A stretch of DNA of 64,000 bases from an uncultured Gammaproteobacteria bacterium (GTDB lineage: Bacteria > Patescibacteriota > Patescibacteriia > SG8-24), in contig CAZAOV010000007.1 of NCBI GenBank assembly GCA_964486995.1, forward strand, positions 699 to 64,698, read 5' to 3'. Position numbers and translations under genes: made by a program. The notes under the pieces are model-generated. The model did not search any database. It was not told the origin of the DNA and saw only the letters and a list, made by a program, of their open reading frames with translations. How positions within the stretch are numbered: position 1 is the first letter of the stretch; the number at the start of each line of letters is the position of its first letter. Positions 29,087 to 38,606 of this stretch are shown here, one piece after another.

Positions 29087-31732
29087 ATGTCCGGCAAGGC
29101 AGTTGGAATTGATATATCAGATCGCTCAATTGAGATGGTTTCCATGCGGGAAAAAAGCGCTGGAACCATTGATGGTGTGACACGAGCCGAACTACCTGCG
29201 GGGATAATTTCGCGAGGTAAGATTGAGGATTACGATGAGCTGTTGAAGCGAGTCAAGAGTCTTCTAGATGATTTATTTGGTGCTCGTCGTGGCAAGATTG
29301 ATGTGGGCATGGCCATGACAGAAACGATGGTCTATTCCAAAATATTCAGAATGCCGCAGGGGTTGGGCTACGATCATTATGCGAAAGCGCTGGAAATAGA
29401 GGCAATAGAGGAATTTCCGTATGACTTAACTTCGCAAGTGATTTCGAATTTTGTGCTGGTTCGGTCTGGAGAGAAAGAACGGGAATTTTTGTATGCCACC
29501 GTGGATGCGGATAAGGCTAAAGAATACGAACGCCTGCTGAACGAAGCTGGAGCTAACCCCGTTTTCTTTGAGCCTGAATCATCGGCTCTAGCCAGAGCGG
29601 CGGTGTCGCCAGAGCTATCATCGGACGCGCTTTTAGCTGATATCGGAGCGCGCACCACGATGCTGGTTGCCCTAGGAGTTAAAGGCGAGCCGGTGCTGAG
29701 TTCAGCAGTTCCTGTAGGTGGTGACATTTTGACTACAGAGATTGAGAAAAGACTCAACGTTACACTCGCGGAAGCGGAGGCAGTAAAGAGACGCAGTGGA
29801 TTTGACGCCAGCGTGGATGATGGGCGCGTCATGTTGATTCTGCAGAACCCGTTCGATGAAATAGCTAAAGAGATTAAGATAACCATCAATTATTATCACG
29901 AAAAGACTGGACGCGACATTAATAAGATAGTCTTGGCTGGCGGCACGTCGCTACTGCCCAAGGTTATGGATTACATGTCATCGCGCTTTGCGGACGTAGA
30001 AGTTTCTCGAGCCGATCCGCTAAAGAGGTTTGCGGTTAAACCGAACATAAAGCTACCACCAAAATTCAAACAAGAGGCCGTCTTATATTCGACGGCAGTC
30101 GGACTGGCAGTTCGTGCGGCGGGCTCGCGCGACCGTCCCGGTCCTAACTTACTACCGTCCGCTCGCGGCCACGGTCGCAAAAGCGGAGGGTTCATAAATT
30201 TCATTCGTTCTCTATTTAAAAAGCCCCTTCGTCCTATGTCACCAACCAAAAAGTCACCAAGAAAAAAAGCTTCACCCAAGAAGTCAATTAAGAAAAAGAC
30301 AGCTACCAAGAAGAAATCTTCTAAGCCCTCCTCGTCCAAGAAGGCTGCTATCGATTTTGATGCCAAAAAGGAGGAAATAAAAGAAGAGGAGGAGGTGGTT
30401 GAGACCACGGCCACGCAAGAGCCTGAAGAGGCGAAGGGCGATGCCGCGTCTGGTTTGAATGCAATCGTTGAGGCTGAAGATTCGGTCGATGCCGATGAGG
30501 GTATCGTTCCAGAACGAGATTTTGGTATGGGAGTTGGTGATATTTTGTCCGGTTCGTCAGAGAAAAAGGATGCCGACGAACAACTCGAGAGTGACGAGGC
30601 AGTAGATAAGGTTTCGATAGAATCGATTCTGCAGGGTCGGTCTAGTGGGGGAGCTGATGGCGTCTATGAGGACGATGAATATGGAACCGTTGAAGAGGAT
30701 CCACACCCGAAAAAGAGAAAGATTCGCTGGAGCGTAGCGATTCCGTTGGTGGTGTTCGTACTGGCCATCTTACTGGTCGCGGAAGGGGCTGGTTTGTTCG
30801 GTCGGGGCGGTTCGTCAAAGCTGTTCTCTGCAATTACGCCTTTCTTCGGAGGAGATGGAGGAAAGGAGCAAACGACTGAACCGGCTGAAACCGGACCGGT
30901 CGTTCCTTCGTTAATTTCCATGAACGTATTAATTTCCTCGGTCGAGGATGAGGAAGAAGTAGCAGTTTCGGTCGTTCCTTCGCGTATCATCGAAACTGAT
31001 GTGACCGCAACTGATTCTTTCCAGGCTACCGGCGAGGCTCCGGCTGAAGAGGCGCGTGCTGTGGGCACGATAACTGTGGTCAACGAAACATCGAACGACT
31101 ATCGCTTCGTCGCGACCACGCGCTTTTTGTCCACGGACGGCATATTGTTCCGCCTCAAGGAAGAGTCAGATATTCCGGCCAACAGCACGGCCGATGTTGA
31201 GGTGTATGCGGATGAAGTTGGTGCTTCCGGTGACATTGGTCCGTCCAGGTTCACTATTCCAGGTTTGGGCGGAGATTTGGAGCAGTACGTCTATGGACGA
31301 AGTCGAACCGCCATGACCGGTGGTAGCGGCACCGTGGCTGCAGTTAAGGAAGACGATATTGAAACCGCCCGCGCTACGCTGTTAGACCGTTTGTTTGATG
31401 AAGCGCGCGAAAATTTTAGGTCCATGATTTCGGCTGGGGAAATAGTACTTGATGATCTGATTACCTCTAATGAGTTGGACTCCACCCTGCCGGATATCGG
31501 GCAGGAAGGTACTGCGTTCGACGTGGCGCTCACAGTTCAGTTCAGCACCCTAGTGGTGCCAGAAGCGGATTTGCTGGCAAAACTAGGCGAGAAGCTTCTC
31601 GAAGAATTGCCAGAAAATGTAGTGCCGACCGACTATGAGCTGGGTGCGATGCTGTACACCGTCGAGGCATTCGACACTACCAGCGGTCGAGCAGAAATTC
31701 GCGCAGAAGCACCGGTCCAACGCATTCAATAA
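29087..31732 (+). CDS. pilM: PilM-PilN(-PilO-like) fusion: N-terminal actin-like PilM, K-rich linker, TM anchor, large extracytoplasmic C-terminal domain
   Basis: AVGIDISDRSIEMVS (PilM N-terminus), K-rich segment PTKKSPRKKASPKKSIKKK..., TM RWSVAIPLVVFVLAILLVAEGAGLFG, then a ~330 aa periplasmic-type domain. Confidence 0.8.
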   Translation: MSGKAVGIDISDRSIEMVSMREKSAGTIDGVTRAELPAGIISRGKIEDYDELLKRVKSLLDDLFGARRGKIDVGMAMTETMVYSKIFRMPQGLGYDHYAKALEIEAIEEFPYDLTSQVISNFVLVRSGEKEREFLYATVDADKAKEYERLLNEAGANPVFFEPESSALARAAVSPELSSDALLADIGARTTMLVALGVKGEPVLSSAVPVGGDILTTEIEKRLNVTLAEAEAVKRRSGFDASVDDGRVMLILQNPFDEIAKEIKITINYYHEKTGRDINKIVLAGGTSLLPKVMDYMSSRFADVEVSRADPLKRFAVKPNIKLPPKFKQEAVLYSTAVGLAVRAAGSRDRPGPNLLPSARGHGRKSGGFINFIRSLFKKPLRPMSPTKKSPRKKASPKKSIKKKTATKKKSSKPSSSKKAAIDFDAKKEEIKEEEEVVETTATQEPEEAKGDAASGLNAIVEAEDSVDADEGIVPERDFGMGVGDILSGSSEKKDADEQLESDEAVDKVSIESILQGRSSGGADGVYEDDEYGTVEEDPHPKKRKIRWSVAIPLVVFVLAILLVAEGAGLFGRGGSSKLFSAITPFFGGDGGKEQTTEPAETGPVVPSLISMNVLISSVEDEEEVAVSVVPSRIIETDVTATDSFQATGEAPAEEARAVGTITVVNETSNDYRFVATTRFLSTDGILFRLKEESDIPANSTADVEVYADEVGASGDIGPSRFTIPGLGGDLEQYVYGRSRTAMTGGSGTVAAVKEDDIETARATLLDRLFDEARENFRSMISAGEIVLDDLITSNELDSTLPDIGQEGTAFDVALTVQFSTLVVPEADLLAKLGEKLLEELPENVVPTDYELGAMLYTVEAFDTTSGRAEIRAEAPVQRIQ

Positions 31733-31809
31733 AACATAGATTATTAACTATCCATTAAGCAATTAATCGGGCATATAATTGTCCTGATGCTATAAATTAA
31801 ACAGTAAAT

Positions 31810-32400
31810 ATGAAGCGCAATAACAAAGGTTTTACCCTAGTCGAGCTCCTAATCGTCATCGGCATCATCGGTTTTCTGGCCGCAGCCATCTTGGTGGCGG
31901 TCGACCCGGTCAAGCGTATCCAGGACTCACGCAACTCCCAGCGCTGGTCAGAGGTCAACTCAATCCTGAACGCGGTGCTGAAGAAGCAGGTTGATGATCG
32001 GGCTCTGTATAACGGCGACTCAGCGGCACCCATCATCACCAGTGCCGACTATGCTCAGGTCATTGTCGAGGATGCAACCGATATAGTTTGTAATGTCGAG
32101 AGTACTCGACCCGGTTGCGATACAGCTTTGGATGTAAGCGCGGCGGACGCCGACTGCGTGGCGCAGCTTTTCGAAAATACTTCTCCGGGCACAGAACATC
32201 TTAATCCGACCTACTTGGCTGAAATGCCAACCGATCCCGGTGATGCCACCTGTCTGGATAGCGGAGACTGCACAGCGTTTGGTGACATTGTCATTGGTGA
32301 TTCGAATAGCGGTTATTATATCAAGCGAAGCACCGGCAACCGAATCGAGATTGGCGCATGTCAGCCGGAGCAGGGCGCTACCATCAGCGTCAAGCGATAG
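31810..32400 (+). CDS. pilA: Type IV major pilin (PilA-like), copy 1
   Basis: MKRNNKG/FTLVELLIVIGIIGFLAAAILVAV class III signal; 196 aa with 4 Cys in the C-terminal D-region; followed by terminator ATCCCGCTCCGTCTGAGCGGGAT-T5. Confidence 0.85.
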   Translation: MKRNNKGFTLVELLIVIGIIGFLAAAILVAVDPVKRIQDSRNSQRWSEVNSILNAVLKKQVDDRALYNGDSAAPIITSADYAQVIVEDATDIVCNVESTRPGCDTALDVSAADADCVAQLFENTSPGTEHLNPTYLAEMPTDPGDATCLDSGDCTAFGDIVIGDSNSGYYIKRSTGNRIEIGACQPEQGATISVKR

Positions 32401-32424
32401 CAATCAAATAGCGTGAATAAAAAA

Positions 32425-32453
32425 ATCCCGCTCCGTCTGAGCGGGATTTTTGT
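32425..32453 (+). terminator. Rho-independent terminator after pilin copy 1
   Basis: ATCCCGCTC-CGTCT-GAGCGGGAT followed by TTTTTGTTT. Confidence 0.65.
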
Positions 32454-32531
32454 TTACTTATGGTGTCGGACTGAAATAGATGCTAAAATATGAATACACC
32501 ATAAAGAAATCTCTCTAAACAAGATTTAAAT

Positions 32532-33137
32532 ATGAAGCGCAATAACAAAGGTTTTACCCTAGTCGAGCTCCTAATCGTCATCGGCATCATCGGTTTTCTG
32601 GCCGCAGCCATCTTGGTGGCGGTCGACCCGGTCAAGCGTATCCAGGACTCACGCAACTCCCAGCGCTGGTCAGAGGTCAACTCAATCCTGAACGCGGTGC
32701 TGAAGAAGCAGGTTGATGATCGGGCTCTGTATAATGGTGATACCGATGTCGCACCTGGCGATGGAGCCCAAATCATTACTCACGCCTCTAATGTGCAAGT
32801 CATCGTTTCGGACGTGACAGGTATAAGCTGTGACGCACCAGCAAATCGACCAGGCTGCAATCAGACAATGGATACCACGGCGGGAAGGAATTGCGTTGCT
32901 AAACTCTTTGATCCGGACACGGCCGATCAAGATGATGAGCATTTGAATCCGAACTATATGGCCGAGATGCCGCTCGATCCGGCCGAAAATGCCTGCGCCA
33001 GCGGCTGTACAACTCTTGGTAACTTAGCTATCGGAGATACCAACAGCGGCTACTACATTCACCGTACCACCGGCAACCGAATCGAGATTGGCGCCTGTCA
33101 GCCGGAGCAGTCGGCAACCATATCCGTGAAGCGCTAA
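32532..33137 (+). CDS. pilA: Type IV major pilin (PilA-like), copy 2: 5' 203 bp identical to copy 1, conserved 3' block, divergent middle
   Basis: Nucleotides 32532..32734 identical to 31810..32012. Shared 3' accggcaaccgaatcgagattggcgcNtgtcagccggagcag. Central ~120 codons homologous but highly diverged. Terminator CCCCGCCCTCACTGGGCGGGG-T4 at 33163..33188. Confidence 0.85.
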   Translation: MKRNNKGFTLVELLIVIGIIGFLAAAILVAVDPVKRIQDSRNSQRWSEVNSILNAVLKKQVDDRALYNGDTDVAPGDGAQIITHASNVQVIVSDVTGISCDAPANRPGCNQTMDTTAGRNCVAKLFDPDTADQDDEHLNPNYMAEMPLDPAENACASGCTTLGNLAIGDTNSGYYIHRTTGNRIEIGACQPEQSATISVKR

Positions 33138-33196
33138 GGCTGAACATCAAGCGGTAAACAAACCCCGCCCTCACTGGGCGGGGTTTTGTCTCGTTT

Positions 33197-33262
33197 AAAA
33201 ACTGTCAGACTTGTTTTAAGGCGGACGCGGAGCCGTCCCTTAAAACAAGTCTGACAGTTTTT
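33197..33262. repeat. Hairpin family 1, copy 2 (AAAACTGTCAGACTTGTTTTAAGGCGGAC ... GTCCCTTAAAACAAGTCTGACAGTTTTT)
   Basis: ~27 bp stem sharing the core CAGACTTGTTTTAAGG with the 6511..6600 hairpin. Confidence 0.6.
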
Positions 33263-33287
33263 CGGGCGTCTCTTTGCAGGCGTGCGC

Positions 33288-33548
33288 TTATTCCTCCCCC
33301 CTCAAGTCATCGCGCTCTTCCTGCAGTTGATTCAACCAAAATTCGTATTGTATGCCGACCTGATCTTGTCGCGCACGCAGTTCTTCAAATTCTTTGCGCA
33401 GCTGGACTTGTTCATCCAAAATCAGCCATGACCATCTCGCCACGCCGATTGAAATTGTTATGCTTATAACGGCGACTACTATCGCAATCATCGCAGAGTT
33501 AGAAAAACTTACTCGGTATTCATCATTATTTTTGTCGAATGGCCACAT
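33288..33548 (-). CDS. Small membrane-anchored coiled-coil protein (FtsB/DivIC-like architecture)
   Basis: One TM (IAIVVAVISITISIGVA) followed by a predicted coiled coil (LRKEFEELRARQDQ...). Identification by architecture only. Confidence 0.3.
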   Translation of the reverse strand: MWPFDKNNDEYRVSFSNSAMIAIVVAVISITISIGVARWSWLILDEQVQLRKEFEELRARQDQVGIQYEFWLNQLQEERDDLRGEE

Positions 33549-33687
33549 AGAAGTATTCAGTTATTTTCATAATCAAGTTTATTGGGAGAGAGCAGTTTTG
33601 GCAATGACGCCGTTGGTATCTGGACAAGGCCTGTCTTTACCGTATGGATAATCTGTAGTAACCTGCCCCATATAACGAAGCAAGATT

Positions 33688-35169
33688 ATGTCTGACAAAA
33701 AAGTAAATATCGCCAAGCGGTCGGAGGATTATTCCCGATGGTATCTAGACGTGGTTCGGGAGGCTGACTTGGCGGAGCATTCCGCCGTTAAGGGTTGTAT
33801 GATCATCAGACCGCATGGATATGCGCTTTGGGAGAATATGCAGGCGGTTTTGGATCGTCGTTTTAAGGAAACCGGTCATCAAAACGCATACTTTCCATTG
33901 TTTGTTCCGAAATCATTCCTGAGCCGAGAAGCATCACACGTGGAAGGTTTCGCCAAAGAGTGCGCCGTGGTTACCCATCATCGCCTGATTGATAATCCGG
34001 ACGGTGAGGGTGTAGTAGTTGATCCAAAATCCAAGCTAGAAGAAGAAGTCATAGTGCGCCCCACTTCGGAGACCATCATGTATGATGCCTATTCTCGTTG
34101 GGTGAATTCGTGGCGTGACCTGCCCATTCTGATTAATCAATGGGCCAATGTGGTGCGGTGGGAGTTGCGAACTAGGCTGTTTCTACGCACGACAGAGTTT
34201 TTGTGGCAGGAGGGACATACGGCTCACGCCACACATGACGAAGCCACCGAAGAAGCGTTGAAGATGCTTGATATCTATCGTGAATTTGCCGAAGAGTGGA
34301 TGGCCATGCCGGTCATCACAGGCAGTAAACCAGAACACGATAAGTTTCCCGGTGCTGTGGTTACGTATTGCATTGAGGCTATGATGCAAGACAGGAAAGC
34401 GTTGCAGGCCGGCACATCGCATGATTTAGGACAGAACTTTGCCAAGGCGTTTGACGTGAAGTTCACCGACCAAGATGGCGAGGAGAAATTCGTTTGGCAA
34501 ACTAGTTGGGGGGTCAGCACGCGCCTAATTGGCGGTTTGATTATGGCGCACAGTGACGATAAGGGTCTGCTTCTGCCGCCGAAACTTGCACCGATTAAAA
34601 TAGTGATTGTACCGATTGGTAAGGATGAGGAAATGAAGCCGGTCATGGATGTGGTCAATAAGATTAGTGCTCAATTGAACGAAAAGATTCAAGGCATAAA
34701 AGTTGACGATCGTGACAACTACGGTCCTGGTTTCAAGTTTACTGAATGGGAACGTAAGGGCGTGCCGGTACGTATTGAAATCGGTCCAAAGGATGTGGAG
34801 AAGGGGACGGCGGTTTTCGTGCGACGTGACACAGGTGAAAAAAGTTTTGTGAATCTGGATAAAATCATCGCAACGGCAGAAATAATGCTGTCCGACATAC
34901 AGTCCGACATGTTGGAACGTTCCCGCGAGTTCTTGTCAGACAATAGTCGTGATATTGACACCTATGACAAGTTCAAGGATTTTTTCTCCGGTGATGGCGG
35001 TTTCGCGCGCAGTCACTGGTGTGGTCGGGCTGAGTGCGACAAAAAAGCCCAGCAAGATACTAAGGCCAGCATCCGTTGTATTCCGTTCGACCAAAAAAAG
35101 GAGTCCGGAAAGTGCGTGGTATGCGGCGGCGAGTCCGAAGGTCGAGTAGTGTTTGCGAAGGCCTACTAA
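33688..35169 (+). CDS. proS: Prolyl-tRNA synthetase, archaeal/eukaryotic-type (class II, C-terminal zinc-binding domain)
   Basis: RSEDYSRWYLDVVREADL...GCMIIRPHGYALWE, class II motifs, C-terminal CGRAECDK...CVVCGG...FAKAY. Confidence 0.9.
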   Translation: MSDKKVNIAKRSEDYSRWYLDVVREADLAEHSAVKGCMIIRPHGYALWENMQAVLDRRFKETGHQNAYFPLFVPKSFLSREASHVEGFAKECAVVTHHRLIDNPDGEGVVVDPKSKLEEEVIVRPTSETIMYDAYSRWVNSWRDLPILINQWANVVRWELRTRLFLRTTEFLWQEGHTAHATHDEATEEALKMLDIYREFAEEWMAMPVITGSKPEHDKFPGAVVTYCIEAMMQDRKALQAGTSHDLGQNFAKAFDVKFTDQDGEEKFVWQTSWGVSTRLIGGLIMAHSDDKGLLLPPKLAPIKIVIVPIGKDEEMKPVMDVVNKISAQLNEKIQGIKVDDRDNYGPGFKFTEWERKGVPVRIEIGPKDVEKGTAVFVRRDTGEKSFVNLDKIIATAEIMLSDIQSDMLERSREFLSDNSRDIDTYDKFKDFFSGDGGFARSHWCGRAECDKKAQQDTKASIRCIPFDQKKESGKCVVCGGESEGRVVFAKAY

Positions 35170-35178
35170 GAGGATACA

Positions 35179-35205
35179 AAAAACCGTCCCAAGAGGGTCG
35201 GTTTT
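35179..35205. terminator. Bidirectional terminator between convergent proS and 35213..35707
   Basis: AAAACCGTCCCAAGAGGGTCGGTTTTT, with A/T runs on both sides. Confidence 0.55.
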
Positions 35206-35212
35206 TGAATAT

Positions 35213-35707
35213 TTAAGCGTATGATTCTAGACATTCATCGATTTCTCTGCGCAGTTCAGGGGAATCAAGTCTTGTGTCTAGCACCGCCTCTTTGATTCGC
35301 CAGTCGCGTTGAATCTGCGAGTGGCAATACAGCAATATCATGTCGATAACGTCTTGCCGTCGAATGGTGGGTGAGCGGGCGATGATTTGTCGCAGTGTTT
35401 CTTGTTTTAGTACATGGCCGGTTCGCCGCAGATGCGTCTGGTGGCTGAGCATTTCGGAGAGCGCGAATAGTTCACGATAGCTGAAATATTCATTTTTCAT
35501 TCGCCGCTTCAGTTCGGTCAGCGACATATGGTGTTGTTCGACCAACGCCAGATACGCGATTGCCAAATTGCTAATTATTGGCAGAAACAGCCGAATCATT
35601 CGGTTCGGCCAAGAGCGAACATGTGGAGGTGAATTTTTCGGCGGAATAAGCGGACGGACTTGGTTGACGTCCAGTTTGTCCTTGTCGGATAGCGGTTGAA
35701 TGTACAA
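35213..35707 (-). CDS. Hypothetical protein
   Basis: 164 aa ORF, no recognisable domain. Confidence 0.35.
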   Translation of the reverse strand: MYIQPLSDKDKLDVNQVRPLIPPKNSPPHVRSWPNRMIRLFLPIISNLAIAYLALVEQHHMSLTELKRRMKNEYFSYRELFALSEMLSHQTHLRRTGHVLKQETLRQIIARSPTIRRQDVIDMILLYCHSQIQRDWRIKEAVLDTRLDSPELRREIDECLESYA

Positions 35708-35852
35708 GTAATCCTCCTTGAAAGAACACCGACCATACTAGCGGAATTTTAATTTGCAATCAAGGGGTATTTAAGATGAAAAACTGTCAGACTTGTGAAA
35801 TAACAATCCAACCAAAAAGCCGAGCGGGCAAACTCGGCTATTTTCAGCTCAA

Positions 35853-36143
35853 TTACGCTTTACCTTTCAGTGCATCCTTCAATGCCTTACCAGCCTTGAA
35901 CTTTGGAACAGTAACTGGCGGAATTTGGATTTTTTCGCTCGGATTTTGCGGGTTCACACCCATGCGGCCTGCGCGTTGCTTCGCGGAAAAAGCGCCGAAA
36001 CCGGCAATGGTGACTTCGCCGCCTGCGACCAATGTTTCGGTGACGGTCTTGGTGAAGGCCTCGATGACTTCCTCAGCTTGCTTTTTGGAGATACCGACTT
36101 TCTCGGCGAGCACACTTACGAGCTCAGCTTTATTCATTTTCAT
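35853..36143 (-). CDS. hup: HU-family DNA-binding protein
   Basis: MNKAELVSVLAEKVGISKKQAEEVIEAF...GFGAFSAKQRAGRMGVNPQN...IPPVTVPKFKAGKALKDA, with terminator AGCCGAGTTTGCCCGCTCGGCT-T5 downstream on the minus strand. Confidence 0.85.
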   Translation of the reverse strand: MKMNKAELVSVLAEKVGISKKQAEEVIEAFTKTVTETLVAGGEVTIAGFGAFSAKQRAGRMGVNPQNPSEKIQIPPVTVPKFKAGKALKDALKGKA

Positions 36144-36155
36144 GTATATAGTTCT

Positions 36156-36956
36156 TTAAATTGTAACTTGTTTAGTTAAATGTTCGATCGCACTGCATTT
36201 TCCGTTTGAATCGATCTCGAGTATTAGCGCATTCACCACCGCCTCTCCAGACGTGGGCAACTCGTGCCGCACGGGAAGCTGGCTCATGAAATGACGCAAT
36301 ATAGGCTCACGATCAACGCCGATTACTCCATCGCTGAATCCACACATTCCAACATCCGTGATGTAGCCGGTGCCGTCGGGAAGAATACAGTCGTCGCGGG
36401 TAGCGACGTGGGTATGCGTTCCCCAAACGGCGGACGCCCGACCGTCAGCGTGCCAGCCGAAAGCTATTTTTTCGGATGTGGCTTCACCGTGGAAATCCAC
36501 CAGGATAACTGATGGGTTGCGATGCATGTTTTCCGCGAGGATTTTATCGAACAGACGGAATGGGTCTTCAGTGTGGATATCACTGAACACCCGTCCCAAA
36601 AAGTTTACCACAAGGACTGATTTTGCGCCAACGGTAAGCAATTTATAGCCCTCACCAGGAACACTTTTTGGGTAGTTGGCCGGTCGAATAATAATGTCGC
36701 GATATTTGGCGTCTGACAAAATTTCGTAGACCTCTTTGCGTCGCCAGATATGGTTGCCCGAGGTGAAGAATTCGATGCCCGCCTCGACCATCTCGTCGAT
36801 GGTGCGTGCGGAAACGCCTTTGCCTTGTGCTAGATTTTCGCAATTGCCAATTATTAAATCCGGCGAATGCTCAGAACGAAAGTCGGGAAGCGTCGCTTTG
36901 ACTGCTTCCCGACCGATTCGTCCTACTATGTCTGCAAAAAATAGGATTTTCATCAC
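36156..36956 (-). CDS. ymdB: YmdB-family metallophosphoesterase (2',3'-cyclic-nucleotide phosphodiesterase, TIGR00282-like)
   Basis: MKILFFADIVGRIGREAV...GNCENLAQGKG...FTSGNHIW...DFHGEATSEK; sits immediately downstream of rny as in Bacillus. Confidence 0.8.
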   Translation of the reverse strand: MMKILFFADIVGRIGREAVKATLPDFRSEHSPDLIIGNCENLAQGKGVSARTIDEMVEAGIEFFTSGNHIWRRKEVYEILSDAKYRDIIIRPANYPKSVPGEGYKLLTVGAKSVLVVNFLGRVFSDIHTEDPFRLFDKILAENMHRNPSVILVDFHGEATSEKIAFGWHADGRASAVWGTHTHVATRDDCILPDGTGYITDVGMCGFSDGVIGVDREPILRHFMSQLPVRHELPTSGEAVVNALILEIDSNGKCSAIEHLTKQVTI

Positions 36957-37073
36957 GTAGTTATAAGTGTGCCGTCTGCGTAGAGAATGACTGCAGATTT
37001 TGTCCTGGTCTCTCGCTTCAAGCGGTCGTTTGGTGATGTGTGGAGGTAGTGGTAAGCCTCGTGATTACAGTGT

Positions 37074-38606
37074 TTATCTGGCGTATTCAACCACTCGAGT
37101 TTCGCGAATCACGTTCACCTTAACCTCACCCGGATACGTCAGCTCGGATTCAATCTTAGCGGCGATGTCCTTGGCCAAGCGATATGCGGCAAAGTCATCC
37201 ACTGCTTTCGGTTCAACAAACACGCGAACCTCGCGACCGGCTTGAATGGCGTAGCTCTTCTCGACACCCGGAAAAGCAGATGCGGTTTTTTCGAGCTCTT
37301 CTAATCGCTGGATATAGTGTTCGTAAGTAGTTTTTCGAGCGCCCGGACGAGCACCGGAAATCGCATCGGCGGTCTTAACCAGAATGGCTTCCAGAGTATT
37401 AGGATTATCCTCGTGATGACCAAGCGACTGATAACAAAGTTCTTCCGGAAGATTGAATTTCTTCATGATGTTATATCCGATCTCTGGATGCGCACCTTGA
37501 ACATCGTGATCAACCGCCTTACCGATATCGTGCAAGACACCGCCGCGCTTGCAAATCGTTACGTCAGCACCTATTTCTTGCGCGAGCAGGGTGGCAATTT
37601 GTGCGACTTCTATCGAGTGCCGCAACACGTTTTGGCCATAGCTGGTGCGGTACTTTAGGCGCCCCAGAATCTGTATGAGCTTCGGATCAAACGCCGTCAG
37701 CGGGATGCCCAGTTCGTACAGAGCATCCTCACCGGCCTTCTTTATGTCTTTGGCCAGATGTTTCTTGGCGTGCTCTACGGCATCTTCAATCTTAGTTGGA
37801 TGAATGCGGCCGTCTTCAATCAGTCGCTCCAGCGCGAGCTTGGCAACTTGGCGTCGAATCGGCGAAAAGCCGGAAACCGTAATAGATTCAGGAGTATCAT
37901 CGACGATAATTTCCGTACCGGTTAGATTCTCCAAAGCCTTAATATTACGACCCTCCTTACCGATGATGCGGCCCTTCATGTCATCGTTCGGGAGCACTAC
38001 GCTTGTAGTGGTGGTATCAACGCAGTGCGATGACGCTACGCGCTGAATCACCATGGACAGCATATGCCGCGCTTTTTCTTCCAGTTCATCATTGTGGGTG
38101 CGCGACAATTTGTGCATGCGGCTGACGAACGATTCACTCATTATGTTTTCGGCGTTCTTCAGCACCACGCTCTTGGCTTCTTCCAAGGACAGTCCGGCGA
38201 TTTGTTCCAGCTTGGCGATTTGCTCTTCACGCTTCCGGATCAGGTCCTTTTTGATTTCTTCAATTTTTTCGTTCTTGGAGAATAGTTCATCCTGCCGCTT
38301 CTGCAGTTCGCCCATGCGGCGTTGATAATCGTTTTCGCCCTTCTCCAGTTTGGCTTGAATCGTCCGTAATTCCTTACGGCGATTTTCGTCTTCGCGCTTC
38401 GATTCCTCGATTAGCTTTAGGGCCTTTTCTTTGCCCTCGATGACTTTTTGCTGGTGTTTGGTTTCAGCATCTTTAATTATTTTCTCTGCTTGCGCCTCGG
38501 CGGAATCAACCTGTCCGAGCGCAATTTTTTTGCGGAGCACATAGCCGATGCCTGCACCGATGGCTAGGCCGACTGCACCTCCGTATAGCGCTACTAGTAA
38601 CCACAT
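37074..38606 (-). CDS. rny: Ribonuclease Y
   Basis: N-terminal TM (LLVALYGGAVGLAIGAGIGY), long coiled coil, KH domain (GRIIGKEGRNIKALE), HD domain (LRHSIEVAQIA...HDIGKA). Confidence 0.9.
   Translation of the reverse strand: MWLLVALYGGAVGLAIGAGIGYVLRKKIALGQVDSAEAQAEKIIKDAETKHQQKVIEGKEKALKLIEESKREDENRRKELRTIQAKLEKGENDYQRRMGELQKRQDELFSKNEKIEEIKKDLIRKREEQIAKLEQIAGLSLEEAKSVVLKNAENIMSESFVSRMHKLSRTHNDELEEKARHMLSMVIQRVASSHCVDTTTTSVVLPNDDMKGRIIGKEGRNIKALENLTGTEIIVDDTPESITVSGFSPIRRQVAKLALERLIEDGRIHPTKIEDAVEHAKKHLAKDIKKAGEDALYELGIPLTAFDPKLIQILGRLKYRTSYGQNVLRHSIEVAQIATLLAQEIGADVTICKRGGVLHDIGKAVDHDVQGAHPEIGYNIMKKFNLPEELCYQSLGHHEDNPNTLEAILVKTADAISGARPGARKTTYEHYIQRLEELEKTASAFPGVEKSYAIQAGREVRVFVEPKAVDDFAAYRLAKDIAAKIESELTYPGEVKVNVIRETRVVEYAR

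Noticed and set aside
19772-33137. Possible diversity-generating retroelement targeting the pilin or giant-pilin genes
   Set aside because: No reverse transcriptase ORF and no template/variable repeat pair with adenine-specific mismatches is visible in the window. The pilin variability looks like paralog divergence or gene conversion instead.
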